Source: a virus. Taken from it: 64,000 nt of DNA. The notes under the pieces were generated by a model. The model was given only the letters and a program-made list of their open reading frames with translations. It was not told where the DNA came from and did not search any database. The translations under genes and the position numbers were made by a program. Below, piece after piece: positions 28,201 to 37,328 of the stretch. Each line of letters opens with the position of its first letter. Position 1 is the first letter of the stretch. The stretch spans positions 32,001 to 96,000 of the IMG/VR virus record IMGVR_UViG_3300048883_000431; one strand, given 5' to 3'.

Positions 28201-29884
28201 CCGGGACAGTGCCGGGGACGGGGATTCGCCGGATTCTGTTCAGGGACACTGCTACTTGGCGGAAGCGGACTACACCGACTCGGGTGGGGATACCGCCTCC
28301 TGGGGGACTGGTGCTGAATCCGACGTCGGCGGGGTCAAGGAGGGGATTGGGCACGCCCTGGAGGTATCCACGCAGAGCGCGATTGAGAACCAGCTCTACC
28401 TTCTTTGGGACGGCGCGGCATCGACCACGCACACCGACATCACCCTCAAAAGGATACTCCTCGTTCGGCCGAACACCTTCACCTGGGTGTCGACCCTACA
28501 GTCCCCCTTCAAGTACGCCGACGGGGATGTTGTCGTTCTTATGATCGCGGAGACCGGCGGTCCCCTAACAATTGGTAAGCGCATTGCGGGGCAGTCCTGG
28601 GTCTACGGGGTCACCGGGGACCTCTCGGAGGACCACGAGTACGGGGGTATCACGGGGACGGCGATCCCGGTCCAGGATGGGCATGGGGTAAGGTTCCCCG
28701 CCGGGTCGCGTGTCTTCATCGGTGCCCAGGCCCCAAACACCGCCATCGAGTACGCCACCCGACGGGGGGACGCTAGGCTCGGGCAGGTACGCGAGGTGGA
28801 CAGTGTGGTAGTGGGCGCGGATCAGTCCCCCACGAGAGCGTTCGACATTCTCAACCTCACGGCGCGTTTGGACACCCTCCCCCAGCCGGGCGACCGGGTC
28901 GAGGTCCTGACGGTGGCGGACGCGGCGTCGATCTCCACCTACGGGCGCGTGGAACGCCCTGCCGAGCACACGGAAATCCTGGACCCCGAGGAGCTCTACC
29001 GGATTGCCCGGAAGGACTTACGACTAGGGAAGGACCCGATCCCACGCTACGAGGTGTCCGTGCTTGATCTGGAGTTTATGAACCCGACCAGTCGATACGA
29101 GTTCGACGGGGCGGTCATCGGGAACACATACAGGATCATAGACAGCGACTACGACCTGGATAGGTCTGACTTCAAGCTCGTGAAGATCAAGCGGGACTAC
29201 GAGACCCCCCTTGAGTCCCGGATGCAGTTCGACCACCACGAGAAGACGCTCATGCGTGGATTCACTCTGTCCACGGAGTTCCGTCTCCGCAAGGAAGCCC
29301 TGGCGAGAGAGCAAGTACGGTACGCCCAGGACTCGCCCAAGTGCATCTACTTCGACACGGTCACCCGACGGTGCAGGAAGGTCAAGCCGCCGAACTCGTT
29401 CTGCAATACGCAGTCGAGCAACCGCGACGGGCGTCTTCGCGGCGACAACGCACGCTTGACCACCAGTGACTGTCGGAACTTCACCCCGCCTGACAACGCG
29501 AACCTGAAATTCTTCAGCCACACGGATTCGCAGAGCTTCACGCTGGGGAGTGGGACCACGAGCCTGTCCTTCGACCTCGACGTGCTCGCCAACCCCGATC
29601 AAGGGACCACGGGGATGCAGTGGGACATCGAGGACAAGCCGAAGCCCGTCGCGTTCGTGACCGACGCCTACTACCTGGACCAGTACTCCAACAAGACGTA
29701 CGTGTCCCCCGGGGACCTCTCCGCCACGTTTGACCAGGACGACGACGGGGAGTTCACACCCAACGACGCTTTCTTCGGTACGGGAGCCCGTGTTACAATA
29801 GCCAGAGCCGGGTCGTTTGACTCCGGCGAGGCGTTGACCATCTTAGGAACACTACTGGTCGTTCTTCCTGGGTCTAGGGCTTAA
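25268..29884 (+). CDS. Tal / tail-tip hub protein with inserted domains (FN3-like)
   Basis: EEELNVEHTLKFKLP, VTCNHISYDL, IRLGKNLQS, NTVYATGG, SISTYGRVE prophage tail motifs; TTYYFRVAPVD FN3. Confidence 0.75.
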   Translation: MPSERFFLQVWDKDAKLVTHWLPYAHDIVEEEELNVEHTLKFKLPMSDSRSADVGFRNIVRLIDAEKGFFATSCSGVDEGAKTIDVPDASRLSVDDYVLIYDSPTTPTKSFVAKILAVDGTTLTLSRMDFVPTAGTESGGRTYAEIEGDAYVDWVGRGYIDLLGDSGVASTGSPVMKWTGKTFRVWDVRDSRGADGAPVRDVTCNHISYDLNDTRFLIDSRTDITFGLASTQSVTSKLITPERIVDEVVKTQRTAATDFSNGWIKGDISAQLTKRTETTYSASVAISTASRTVTGTGTSFLSGVRQGSRLYTINLGTLNAIVDYVVSDTELLLKSLPRFTTTSAVIQTDPDVRTFEFDTNGSLRSAIVKIAEVWRDDKQDVHLTYGEDKSINVAKVDNPNASDPTGDMEIRLGKNLQSSSRKQDVAGFGNTVYATGGTSGWVGAQTGQHFTIGGNPATLPFHRNTRDKFRLDTPTEIRQLRWGDPVTIMHQPMNVNVSGWTDDNEILINFRGAIPTISSALGDTFGHLDSDTTYYFRVAPVDADGKEGPASLEATETLAPGEHSVMVSYSGGGSTYRVYFSTTSGEYTEYITDTASPFQLTTEGGAKKGSPKDFDATSYTNGMILVRDYDSSGAGSVVDVDIGAGQLRTIESMTKVGHVSNTDESSLYYRVKTTSPWAVLPSTHYDVVLCKGPDAFMTPITGFGVFQKRLPSDGSYSSQEPHATIETGSGGRRFNARLGDPGVGYQSSTHASGFDTFKDHYTGGVIQLRDSRGTSATTSSLADDTQLDGQQRVILSSGRGSQNESHASQTDMIVKFKSPGTLNNLLPHYEMTGPSQLVHEYDDGDYDITTEIVTTPVNGLRVTVVGAERTRTNTVTYTNSASQKYGQDRGGELDFLEISVGDEVYAEYGGEWLIGNVGMVDVANKRVWLDGGFINGMYTGGSLDEHTPSTNAPMIIRKPRPNFNHESGIGNMFHPVLHRDSAGDGDSPDSVQGHCYLAEADYTDSGGDTASWGTGAESDVGGVKEGIGHALEVSTQSAIENQLYLLWDGAASTTHTDITLKRILLVRPNTFTWVSTLQSPFKYADGDVVVLMIAETGGPLTIGKRIAGQSWVYGVTGDLSEDHEYGGITGTAIPVQDGHGVRFPAGSRVFIGAQAPNTAIEYATRRGDARLGQVREVDSVVVGADQSPTRAFDILNLTARLDTLPQPGDRVEVLTVADAASISTYGRVERPAEHTEILDPEELYRIARKDLRLGKDPIPRYEVSVLDLEFMNPTSRYEFDGAVIGNTYRIIDSDYDLDRSDFKLVKIKRDYETPLESRMQFDHHEKTLMRGFTLSTEFRLRKEALAREQVRYAQDSPKCIYFDTVTRRCRKVKPPNSFCNTQSSNRDGRLRGDNARLTTSDCRNFTPPDNANLKFFSHTDSQSFTLGSGTTSLSFDLDVLANPDQGTTGMQWDIEDKPKPVAFVTDAYYLDQYSNKTYVSPGDLSATFDQDDDGEFTPNDAFFGTGARVTIARAGSFDSGEALTILGTLLVVLPGSRA

Positions 29885-32031
29885 TGGGACACAACTCCAT
29901 CGTCTACCAGAGGGAAACTGGGGCCATCGTCCAGAAGACCTCGTCCATGTCCGTCCTTCAGCCGCGCGATGTAGCTAAGGGGCTGGTTCTCCTACATCTC
30001 CCGGCCCATCTCAGCCGAATACTGCTGGTGGAGCACACCCACGTCCGATTGTCCAACGGGGAGGCTGTCGGCTTCCACGCCGTGGGCGGTGGGTTCGGGG
30101 GGTCAGCAATATCCCACACCCAGCCCCTGGTACCCGACGGCAAGGCCAGTAAGATCGCGGTGTCCGCTCTTGGGGACGTCATACTGTCCCTACCCGCTGC
30201 CGAAGAATACGCCCGGACCCTTGACGGGGGGATCACCTACATAACCGACGGGCAGATGGTCGAGTTCCTGAGTCGGATTCCGTTCGTAGCCCGCGCGGTC
30301 TCCGGTCTACGCGCAAGATACGCCCCTGGGAGATACATCAACCTCGGGACACTGGGCGAGGCGGTTCCTCCAAGCGAACGACTCCCCCGACCGGAGCAGT
30401 ACGCGGACATCCTTGGGGTCACCCTCAGCCTGACGAGTATGCCGAATTACCTGACGTCGGGACCAGAGGAACTGGCCTGGGCCTCGTCCGTCGTGGAGAA
30501 TCTCCCTCGCCCCATCGTGATGGTGTCCCCCTTCACGGGGAGCACGTTGAAGGAGTGGCGTAAGGAGCGCGATCTCATGGCAGCCATGCCCGACGTGACC
30601 TTCCTGATGGTGGGGAAGAAGTCGGCGTCCACCGGGCTAGACAACGTCGTGAGCTTGGGCGGTCGGACAACGGTCACGTCGCTCATGTCCCTGATGACAC
30701 TGTGCGATGCAGGCGGCTTCTTGGACACCGGACTCATGCACGTGGCCGGTATGGTGGGGACGCCCTACGTTGCAGTCTTTGGAGGGGTCCATCCCCCGGT
30801 CGAGTTCACATCCCTCTACGATACCGTCCACACGCTGTCATCGCGGGATCATCGCGCCGTCACGGACATGTCCACGTCGGACTGCTCCCCCTGCTACCTC
30901 GGTAAGTCAGGCTCATGCTTGGGGACCGAGCACGAGCGGTGGTGTATGCGGAGTATCGAGATCGACGAGGTGGGGACCAAGCTCCGGGAAGTGCTTGATG
31001 GGAACGGGCGCAGGGGGCCGAGTAAGTGGTCCACGCCGAAGGGGCGTCCACGAAAGGCCACAAAGAGCGTAGCAGTTGTGTGCGTTGGCGGGTTCGGGGA
31101 CACCCTGGTGGCCCTCAACACCCTCCGGGAGTTATCCCCCAAGCTCCGAGAATCCTACCCAAGCGCGGAGATCGACTTCGTAGTTCGGGACGACTATCGG
31201 GCACTGAAGGACCTGCCCTGGTTTGACAACTGGCGGGCGGTCTCCGGTGGCACGACCCAGGCGAAGTCCATGGAGTGGTGCCAGAGTAACTACGACCTCA
31301 CGATAGAGCTCAAGCACGGCAACCCCAAGTCGGACCCGTTCGGTCCCGACCCCATAGCTCTGGTACAGTCCAGAAACCTCGGAGACCTGTCGTTTACCCC
31401 GGACGGTGGGACTCTCACGCACCACCTCGACGTCCTCTCCCCTGGACGTGCCGAGGTGGCCCGGCTATCCCGGGTGCTTCCGCCCGAAGGGGAGTACGTG
31501 GTCTTGGCGAACGGGACCGACGTGACACTTGGGAATCTGACGAAGGCAGTGGGGGGCAAGTTCTTCGGCGACCTGGGACGCCTCATCGCCGAAGCCGGGC
31601 TTACGCCGGTGGTCGTAGGTGTCAAGGGGGCGGGAGCTGTCGCGATCCCCGGCGCGCTCGATCTTGTGGGGAAGACCAGTCTCGGAGGGCTGGCGTCCGT
31701 CCTTCGCGGCGCGCGCGGGGTGGTGTCCATCGACAACGGGGTTGTTCACCTCGCCTCCCAGATAGGCGTCCCGTGTGTCGTTCTGTTTGGGCCGACCAGC
31801 GCCGCCTTCTGGGGGTACGAGTTCAACCTGAACGTGACCCCCGAACCAAACACCTGCAGCGAGGCCCCCTGCTGGCTTACCACCCGGGATTGGCACACGG
31901 CCTGCAAGGTCGACCCGATGTCCACCGGGACCCCGGCCTGCATGGGTTCGTATGACGCTGCTAGAATATGGGCGTTGGCTGGTCGCTATCTGGAAGATCG
32001 TCAGCTCGGGGGCGTCGTCGCGTCGTCGTGA
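29884..32031 (+). CDS. tandem double GT9 glycosyltransferase
   Basis: Two complete sets: SALGDVILSLP / DTGLMHVAGMVGTPYVAVFG and GGFGDTLVAL / DNGVVHLASQIGVPCVVLFGPT, each with a C-terminal Cys cluster. Confidence 0.88.
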   Translation: MGHNSIVYQRETGAIVQKTSSMSVLQPRDVAKGLVLLHLPAHLSRILLVEHTHVRLSNGEAVGFHAVGGGFGGSAISHTQPLVPDGKASKIAVSALGDVILSLPAAEEYARTLDGGITYITDGQMVEFLSRIPFVARAVSGLRARYAPGRYINLGTLGEAVPPSERLPRPEQYADILGVTLSLTSMPNYLTSGPEELAWASSVVENLPRPIVMVSPFTGSTLKEWRKERDLMAAMPDVTFLMVGKKSASTGLDNVVSLGGRTTVTSLMSLMTLCDAGGFLDTGLMHVAGMVGTPYVAVFGGVHPPVEFTSLYDTVHTLSSRDHRAVTDMSTSDCSPCYLGKSGSCLGTEHERWCMRSIEIDEVGTKLREVLDGNGRRGPSKWSTPKGRPRKATKSVAVVCVGGFGDTLVALNTLRELSPKLRESYPSAEIDFVVRDDYRALKDLPWFDNWRAVSGGTTQAKSMEWCQSNYDLTIELKHGNPKSDPFGPDPIALVQSRNLGDLSFTPDGGTLTHHLDVLSPGRAEVARLSRVLPPEGEYVVLANGTDVTLGNLTKAVGGKFFGDLGRLIAEAGLTPVVVGVKGAGAVAIPGALDLVGKTSLGGLASVLRGARGVVSIDNGVVHLASQIGVPCVVLFGPTSAAFWGYEFNLNVTPEPNTCSEAPCWLTTRDWHTACKVDPMSTGTPACMGSYDAARIWALAGRYLEDRQLGGVVASS

Positions 32032-32977
32032 ACGCCTCCCTGACCGCCTTGGCTGCCCTCGCGACCTTGAATCCGACCACCAAGTGCCCTCCCACCCTCA
32101 TAACGCGCTGACGGGCTTCCCACGCACCGAGGTGATCCCCCGATACGTTCACGGAGCACCGACGCACCGTGGGGTCAGCCATCTCCGCGATGACCGTGTC
32201 CCTGTACGCGCCGTCTCTCCTACGGATGGACACCCCGAACATGTCGACCGGCTCCCCGTCCAGGTCAGTCCGGTAGTCCTCGATGTTGTCGTAAGCGCCG
32301 TCGAGCTTCCCCTGGAAGTAGTGGCTCATCGTCTTGCGTTCGTAGGCAGTAGGGATGGCGTAGTACTCGAAGTTCTGGATGTAGACCGTGTTGGGGGAGT
32401 TGAAGTCCGGCGGGCTCTGCCCCCGCCACCCGTCGGTGCACAGGTTCACGGACACGGGTACCGGGATGTCGCGGGAGCCCATCAGTAGACCAGCCCCCAT
32501 CCGCTCCTTGCCCCCGTGGTGCAGGTCCGGGTGGTTGCGAGAGAGAACCGGGAGGACCTTGGGGATGGCGTGCTTAACATGCCAACCGTTGAAGTAGTTG
32601 ACCGACCCTAGTCCTATGGACACGACACTACGCGGAAGGGGCGGGAGAACCTTCTGGAAGAGCGGTGCCACCGTGCGGTCGATCACCCAATACGGCTCCA
32701 TCTCGATGAGCCAGTCCTGCCCCAGCTTACGTCGGGTCTCCGTCTTCCACTGGCCGAGGGGGCCCGCGACGTTGAGGGGGATGTTCGCCTCCTCGACAGT
32801 GACGTTCTGGTACTGACCCGCCAACTCCTGGCAGAGCTCGTGTGTCCCGTCCTCGAACCGTGGGTCGTAGTCGATGTGGACCCGCTCCACGACGGCGGCG
32901 ACGGCGTCGACGGACGCACGGAGTGGCTCGTCGAACTCGACAGGACGGCTGAGGTTGTAGAAGGCCGCTACTGACAT
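31961..32977 (-). CDS. GT2-like (GT-A fold) glycosyltransferase, divergent
   Basis: FDEPLRASVDAVAAVVERVHI, EDGTHEL, DWLIEME pattern. Confidence 0.55.
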   Translation of the reverse strand: MSVAAFYNLSRPVEFDEPLRASVDAVAAVVERVHIDYDPRFEDGTHELCQELAGQYQNVTVEEANIPLNVAGPLGQWKTETRRKLGQDWLIEMEPYWVIDRTVAPLFQKVLPPLPRSVVSIGLGSVNYFNGWHVKHAIPKVLPVLSRNHPDLHHGGKERMGAGLLMGSRDIPVPVSVNLCTDGWRGQSPPDFNSPNTVYIQNFEYYAIPTAYERKTMSHYFQGKLDGAYDNIEDYRTDLDGEPVDMFGVSIRRRDGAYRDTVIAEMADPTVRRCSVNVSGDHLGAWEARQRVMRVGGHLVVGFKVARAAKAVREAFTTTRRRPRADDLPDSDQPTPIF

Positions 32978-32986
32978 CGTTACCCC

Positions 32987-34060
32987 TTACTGGAGATCAT
33001 GGAGCCACCTGTTGAGCTTCTCGGCGTGGAAGTCCCAGTCGAACAGGGTCTGCGCTATATCGTAGCATCGACGCCCCACGCGGTCAAGCCAGGGAATGTC
33101 CGACGTGAGCTCGCGGATGAGTCCAGCACAGCTCTCCGGGCTGTTCAGGTCAAACTCGAAGCAGGTCTCGCCGGGGATGAGGTACCTCCCGGCGGTGCGG
33201 AAAGCGTAGAACGACTGTGGCACCAGGGCGGGGCGTCCCGCGTAGACGGTCTGGAGTAGCGAGTGTCCCCACCCCTCGTGCAGCTTCATGTGGAGATTCA
33301 GGGAGGTGTCGCGGACCTTCCCCGGAATCTCGCCCTCGGACAGAAGTTCGGACGCCTCCCCCTCGTTCCCCCCACCGTACAGAAGGAACTCATGTCCAGG
33401 AAGCTGCCCCCGCACGGTCTTCCAGTATCCGTAGGGGTCGTATCGAACCTCGTCGGTGGGTGCCTGGCAGTAGGGGCACTCCCTGGTGTCAAAGTCGTGC
33501 TTCACGAACTGCGCGTTGGTCATGTCCGTAAAGCAGTTGATGAAGGTCCCAATGCGCCGCGCGTTGGCGTGCGTTATGGGGGTATAGGACTCCCCGCACT
33601 GGAGGTTGAGCTCCTGGGGGAGCATGATCTTGCGTACCCCCGGAGGGGCGGCATTGTAGGTGAAGGTGTCCGACGATATTAGGTTCGGGAAGTCCGCCCA
33701 GGAGTACTGCGTCCCCTCGTTGCCCGCATGGCAGACCATCTTCGCGTTGGGGTGGTACTTGTCCCGCCACTTGGTGAACAGGGGCATGGTGTCGATCCGC
33801 GTGCACAGCAGAATGTCCCACTCGGTGTCTCTGAACTCCGAGAACCCGATGGTCCCGTGCGGCGGCCACCCTTCGCGGTCGGGCCACGCGCCCCAGTCCT
33901 TGTCCCACATGCTTTCGTGGAAGATGCCGCCCCCAAAGGCACGCCACATCGGGGCGAAGGACTCGTCGGGTCCGTAAGCCTCGTGACCGCATCGACCGGA
34001 CAGGGTGGACAGCAGTCCACGGAACAGTCCGTAGTGGTGGAAGTCAACGAATATCTTCAC
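32987..34060 (-). CDS. GT-B glycosyltransferase
   Basis: GTG start overlapping upstream TGA; LHMKLHEGWGHSLLQTVYAGRPALV; YLIPGETC. Confidence 0.65.
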   Translation of the reverse strand: MKIFVDFHHYGLFRGLLSTLSGRCGHEAYGPDESFAPMWRAFGGGIFHESMWDKDWGAWPDREGWPPHGTIGFSEFRDTEWDILLCTRIDTMPLFTKWRDKYHPNAKMVCHAGNEGTQYSWADFPNLISSDTFTYNAAPPGVRKIMLPQELNLQCGESYTPITHANARRIGTFINCFTDMTNAQFVKHDFDTRECPYCQAPTDEVRYDPYGYWKTVRGQLPGHEFLLYGGGNEGEASELLSEGEIPGKVRDTSLNLHMKLHEGWGHSLLQTVYAGRPALVPQSFYAFRTAGRYLIPGETCFEFDLNSPESCAGLIRELTSDIPWLDRVGRRCYDIAQTLFDWDFHAEKLNRWLHDLQ

Positions 34061-34764
34061 GCCAGGTCCTTCCTTACCATGTACGCGTGCGGGTGTTCCC
34101 ACAGTGCTCTCGGCCATTTCGGGTCTTCGACGAAGTCGCCCTCAAGGAGGGACACGAACTCCGCCACACCGCCGCGTCCGTGCACCTCAGCAGCTATCCG
34201 CCTCATCCGTGTCAGGGTGGCGCGCGGTGCGTTCGCCACCACGTCCCACTCCGCCCCCTCGCAGTCCATCTTGAGTATCTGGACCTCACGGCTGGGGAAG
34301 TCCCGCAGTGCCGACCCCAGCGTGATGGTGTGGGTGACATAGTGACCACTGACCCACACCGGCGCGGTTTCCCCCACAAATCTGTGCGGTAAGTCGTCCA
34401 TGGGGATTTTGACGGTCAGTGCCTCTCCGTCCACCCGGCCTATTGCGCGGCACCACAGAACGGGGGCCAGTGGGTGATCGTTGAGTGCGAAGTGGCACGC
34501 CTGTAGAGCTACGTTCTCAGGTATGGGCTCCACGATAACCGCCTGACACCCAAACAAGGCGGAGGCAGCGAGTCCGAACGCCCCGATATGACCGCCAACG
34601 TCCAGGACCAGGTCGCCTGCCCGCAGCCCCGCCTCGGCGAGACGGTAGACATCCTTGTGTATCACCTGGTGGGCTATGGACTTATCGTTGGTCCCCTCCC
34701 GATGGAACAGACGGAGGTCCCGCTTGGTGACAATCGACGTGCGAGCCATCGGCTGACTATACAT
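34057..34764 (-). CDS. FkbM-family methyltransferase
   Basis: VLDVGGHIGAF, VEPIPEN, ILKMDCEGAEWD, IAAEVH. Confidence 0.9.
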   Translation of the reverse strand: MYSQPMARTSIVTKRDLRLFHREGTNDKSIAHQVIHKDVYRLAEAGLRAGDLVLDVGGHIGAFGLAASALFGCQAVIVEPIPENVALQACHFALNDHPLAPVLWCRAIGRVDGEALTVKIPMDDLPHRFVGETAPVWVSGHYVTHTITLGSALRDFPSREVQILKMDCEGAEWDVVANAPRATLTRMRRIAAEVHGRGGVAEFVSLLEGDFVEDPKWPRALWEHPHAYMVRKDLA

Positions 34765-34765
34765 G

Positions 34766-35842
34766 CTACCAACTCCCAACGTATCCGCGCACGGCCTTGC
34801 GCCACTTAGCGTCAATCGTTGCGCGACCGAAGTGCTTGATGGCGGCGGCTCGCGCGCGACGCCCCATCTTCTCCCGCCGGTTCACCGCCTTCGAGGTGTT
34901 CCCCATGAGAGACTCAAGATCAGCCCTGCTCGGACTGTTGAGGACGAGGCACCCCTTACCAAGAATCTTGTCGAGCTCGAACCGTGGGAATATGGGGTCG
35001 CCGTGGTCGTAAGCGGGTGTGACCACGGGCATCCCGGTCATAGCAGCTTCCACTGGGGCGAGTGTGTAAGGGGCCGGGTGGGTACCGAGGTTGAAGAAGA
35101 CGCTACTCGCCCGCATCTGCGCCTGGAGTTCGGTATACGATAGGAAGCGCGCGCTCTCACCGAGGGACTCGTTGCCCCTCCCCCCAAGAACCCAGTTGTC
35201 GCCCGGGCGTGTCTGGGTGAAGAGGTCCATGTGGCAGGAGTCACGTCGGCTCTCCAACTGGTTGGCGACGTAGAGGACGTTTCCCTCGTGACCCGTCCAG
35301 CCCTTCCAGGTGTCCGGGTCCCGTCCGAAGTGGATGACCGGCATCTTGGAGGAAAACAGCGCCGCCTGGGACTTGGAGTAGCTCACAACGAGCGCCCCGT
35401 CGTCGTTCAGACACTGCAGCCCGAACTCCGCGTGCTTACTCATCTGTCCGTTGAGGTGGAGTATGAACGGCATGTGTGGGGCCAGGGCTCCCGCGTAGAG
35501 CGTGATGAACCCATACCCGAAGTCGCATTTCTTCGCGAAGTGCTCGATGGCGGTCCTGGCACGGTCATAGGTCCACGCGTCGATGGTGGGCGCGTCGCGG
35601 AAGGGGTCGTTCCCCTTCTCTCCGTATAGCTTCACCCATCCCTGGGTTCCCCAGATGGCGTCGTATATCTGCTCTTGGAGGTAGTAGTCGTCCTTCGTCG
35701 TGCCGACGTCAAGCTGCCCGCGCGACGGGTTGGCTCGCACCCCATAAACGGAGGGGGCGCACACGTCAAGCCCGAGGCGCTGGAACATGGTGATGAAATC
35801 CCACTCATGCTCCTCGTGCCCCGATGTCATCATAACCCGCAT
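34766..35842 (-). CDS. GT4-like glycosyltransferase
   Basis: VFFNLGTHPAPYTLAPVEAAMTGMPVVT; MGRRARAAAIKHF. Confidence 0.75.
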   Translation of the reverse strand: MRVMMTSGHEEHEWDFITMFQRLGLDVCAPSVYGVRANPSRGQLDVGTTKDDYYLQEQIYDAIWGTQGWVKLYGEKGNDPFRDAPTIDAWTYDRARTAIEHFAKKCDFGYGFITLYAGALAPHMPFILHLNGQMSKHAEFGLQCLNDDGALVVSYSKSQAALFSSKMPVIHFGRDPDTWKGWTGHEGNVLYVANQLESRRDSCHMDLFTQTRPGDNWVLGGRGNESLGESARFLSYTELQAQMRASSVFFNLGTHPAPYTLAPVEAAMTGMPVVTPAYDHGDPIFPRFELDKILGKGCLVLNSPSRADLESLMGNTSKAVNRREKMGRRARAAAIKHFGRATIDAKWRKAVRGYVGSW

Positions 35843-35850
35843 GTCCGCCC

Positions 35851-36426
35851 CTACATGTAGACGAACGCTAGTCCGGGGGCACGGGTGTCGGCCCAGACGA
35901 CTCGGAATCGACCGGCGGACTCGATGTCGGATACCACACCACGAACGTCCGCCGACACGGAGTCGTGTATGGCGACCATCCCGCCAGACCTAACCATGGG
36001 GGAGTAGTGGTTCCAGTCGCTGGTGCAGCCCCCGACGGTATGATCCCCGTCTATGAACAGTAGATCGACCCCGGAGGCGTAGGCGTCAAGTATCGTCGAC
36101 ACCGAGTCCACCGAGGGCATATCCCGAGAGCTCCCCACAATGTGGTGGTAGGCAAACCCCTCCTGGGAGGCGAAGTCGGACACGGCACGTCGGTGGTGGT
36201 CCATATCGGGCTGGTGGAGATCGACGGATATGAGGAGGTCGGGCCGGGTGAGTGCCAGGAGGGCGGTTGTTCCGAACCTGAAGGTCCCGATCTCAAGTAT
36301 CGTGCGGGCCTTGCCCATGTGAGCCGCCGCCGCCGAGAGTATGAGTTGCCTCTCGTGCTCGGGGGTGTTGCTTTCGTGCATCGCTAGGTGGGTCATAAGT
36401 CGCACACTCATCAAGCAGTACCCCAT
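35851..36426 (-). CDS. class I SAM methyltransferase (Methyltransf_24-like)
   Basis: ILEIGTFRFGT, DLLFIDGDHT, GGMVAIHD. Confidence 0.88.
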   Translation of the reverse strand: MGYCLMSVRLMTHLAMHESNTPEHERQLILSAAAAHMGKARTILEIGTFRFGTTALLALTRPDLLISVDLHQPDMDHHRRAVSDFASQEGFAYHHIVGSSRDMPSVDSVSTILDAYASGVDLLFIDGDHTVGGCTSDWNHYSPMVRSGGMVAIHDSVSADVRGVVSDIESAGRFRVVWADTRAPGLAFVYM

Positions 36427-37328
36427 CCTGATAGAGCGTCGTTAAGCTGCTGGTCAACCACGCCGTGGGAGAAATACCTGACCGCCGCGCGCCGGGCGCT
36501 CGCCCCACGCTCCGCAAGCCAGTCCATATCTCGGGGTGTTGGGGAGGTTATCCGGGCTAGGCCGGACGAGCTGTGCATCCCGGACGAGCTGAACTCTGTC
36601 CTGTCTTGGGGAACAGTCCTGAACCGAGGGAGCCCCACGTCCCCGGACCCCAGGTAATCGGACACGTTGTACCGACACTGGGGGGAACTCTTGTGGTGCT
36701 GGTGGTTGGGAAGGGAAAGAGGCATCCCCACCATAGCGGCCTCGACGACGCGCGGGGTGTAGTGCGTGCGTGGGTCACCGCAGTCATAGTACAGTCGGTG
36801 GGATCGCATAGCGGACAGTCGGGACCCAGGGGAGACATCGTTGCACGCCGCCTTTGCCCCCATGTCGACCGCCGCTTCTCCCATGACCGTGCTCTGCTGT
36901 GCGTTCCTGCCTGAGTTGAGTCCGTTTCTTGTGTGCGTGGACACCGGGTCGTTGGCGTGGGGGGTGTCCATGTAGTAGAGAACTGACTGGAACTTACCGT
37001 CCCACCCGACCCACCAGGAGGGGTCCACCCCGTACCGCACGAGGGACCCCCACCCAAGCTGCTCCACCATGGAGTCCTCGTACAGGAGCAGCAGCCCACC
37101 GCAGTTGGACAGTGCTTCGATTTCGGGAAGTCCGTCCGTTGGGATAGCTTTGTCCAGGTGGAGGATGGTGGGTCCGTCGTGCATCATCGCGGCGGCTACG
37201 GTCGGGTCGTTGGTGTAGGACACATCCGTATCACCACCCCCCGTGGACGTCCCGTGCCCCAGACGCTCGAACGCCTGACGCGTCGCCCGCCCCACGTCTG
37301 ATATGCCCGTTCCGAATCTAACCCTCAC
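36411..37328 (-). CDS. GT4-like glycosyltransferase, divergent paralogue of 34766-35842
   Basis: AGGAGG RBS plus GTG; YGVDPSWWVGWDG vs FGRDPDTWKGWTG; VVEAAMVGMP. Confidence 0.65.
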   Translation of the reverse strand: MRVRFGTGISDVGRATRQAFERLGHGTSTGGGDTDVSYTNDPTVAAAMMHDGPTILHLDKAIPTDGLPEIEALSNCGGLLLLYEDSMVEQLGWGSLVRYGVDPSWWVGWDGKFQSVLYYMDTPHANDPVSTHTRNGLNSGRNAQQSTVMGEAAVDMGAKAACNDVSPGSRLSAMRSHRLYYDCGDPRTHYTPRVVEAAMVGMPLSLPNHQHHKSSPQCRYNVSDYLGSGDVGLPRFRTVPQDRTEFSSSGMHSSSGLARITSPTPRDMDWLAERGASARRAAVRYFSHGVVDQQLNDALSGWGTA

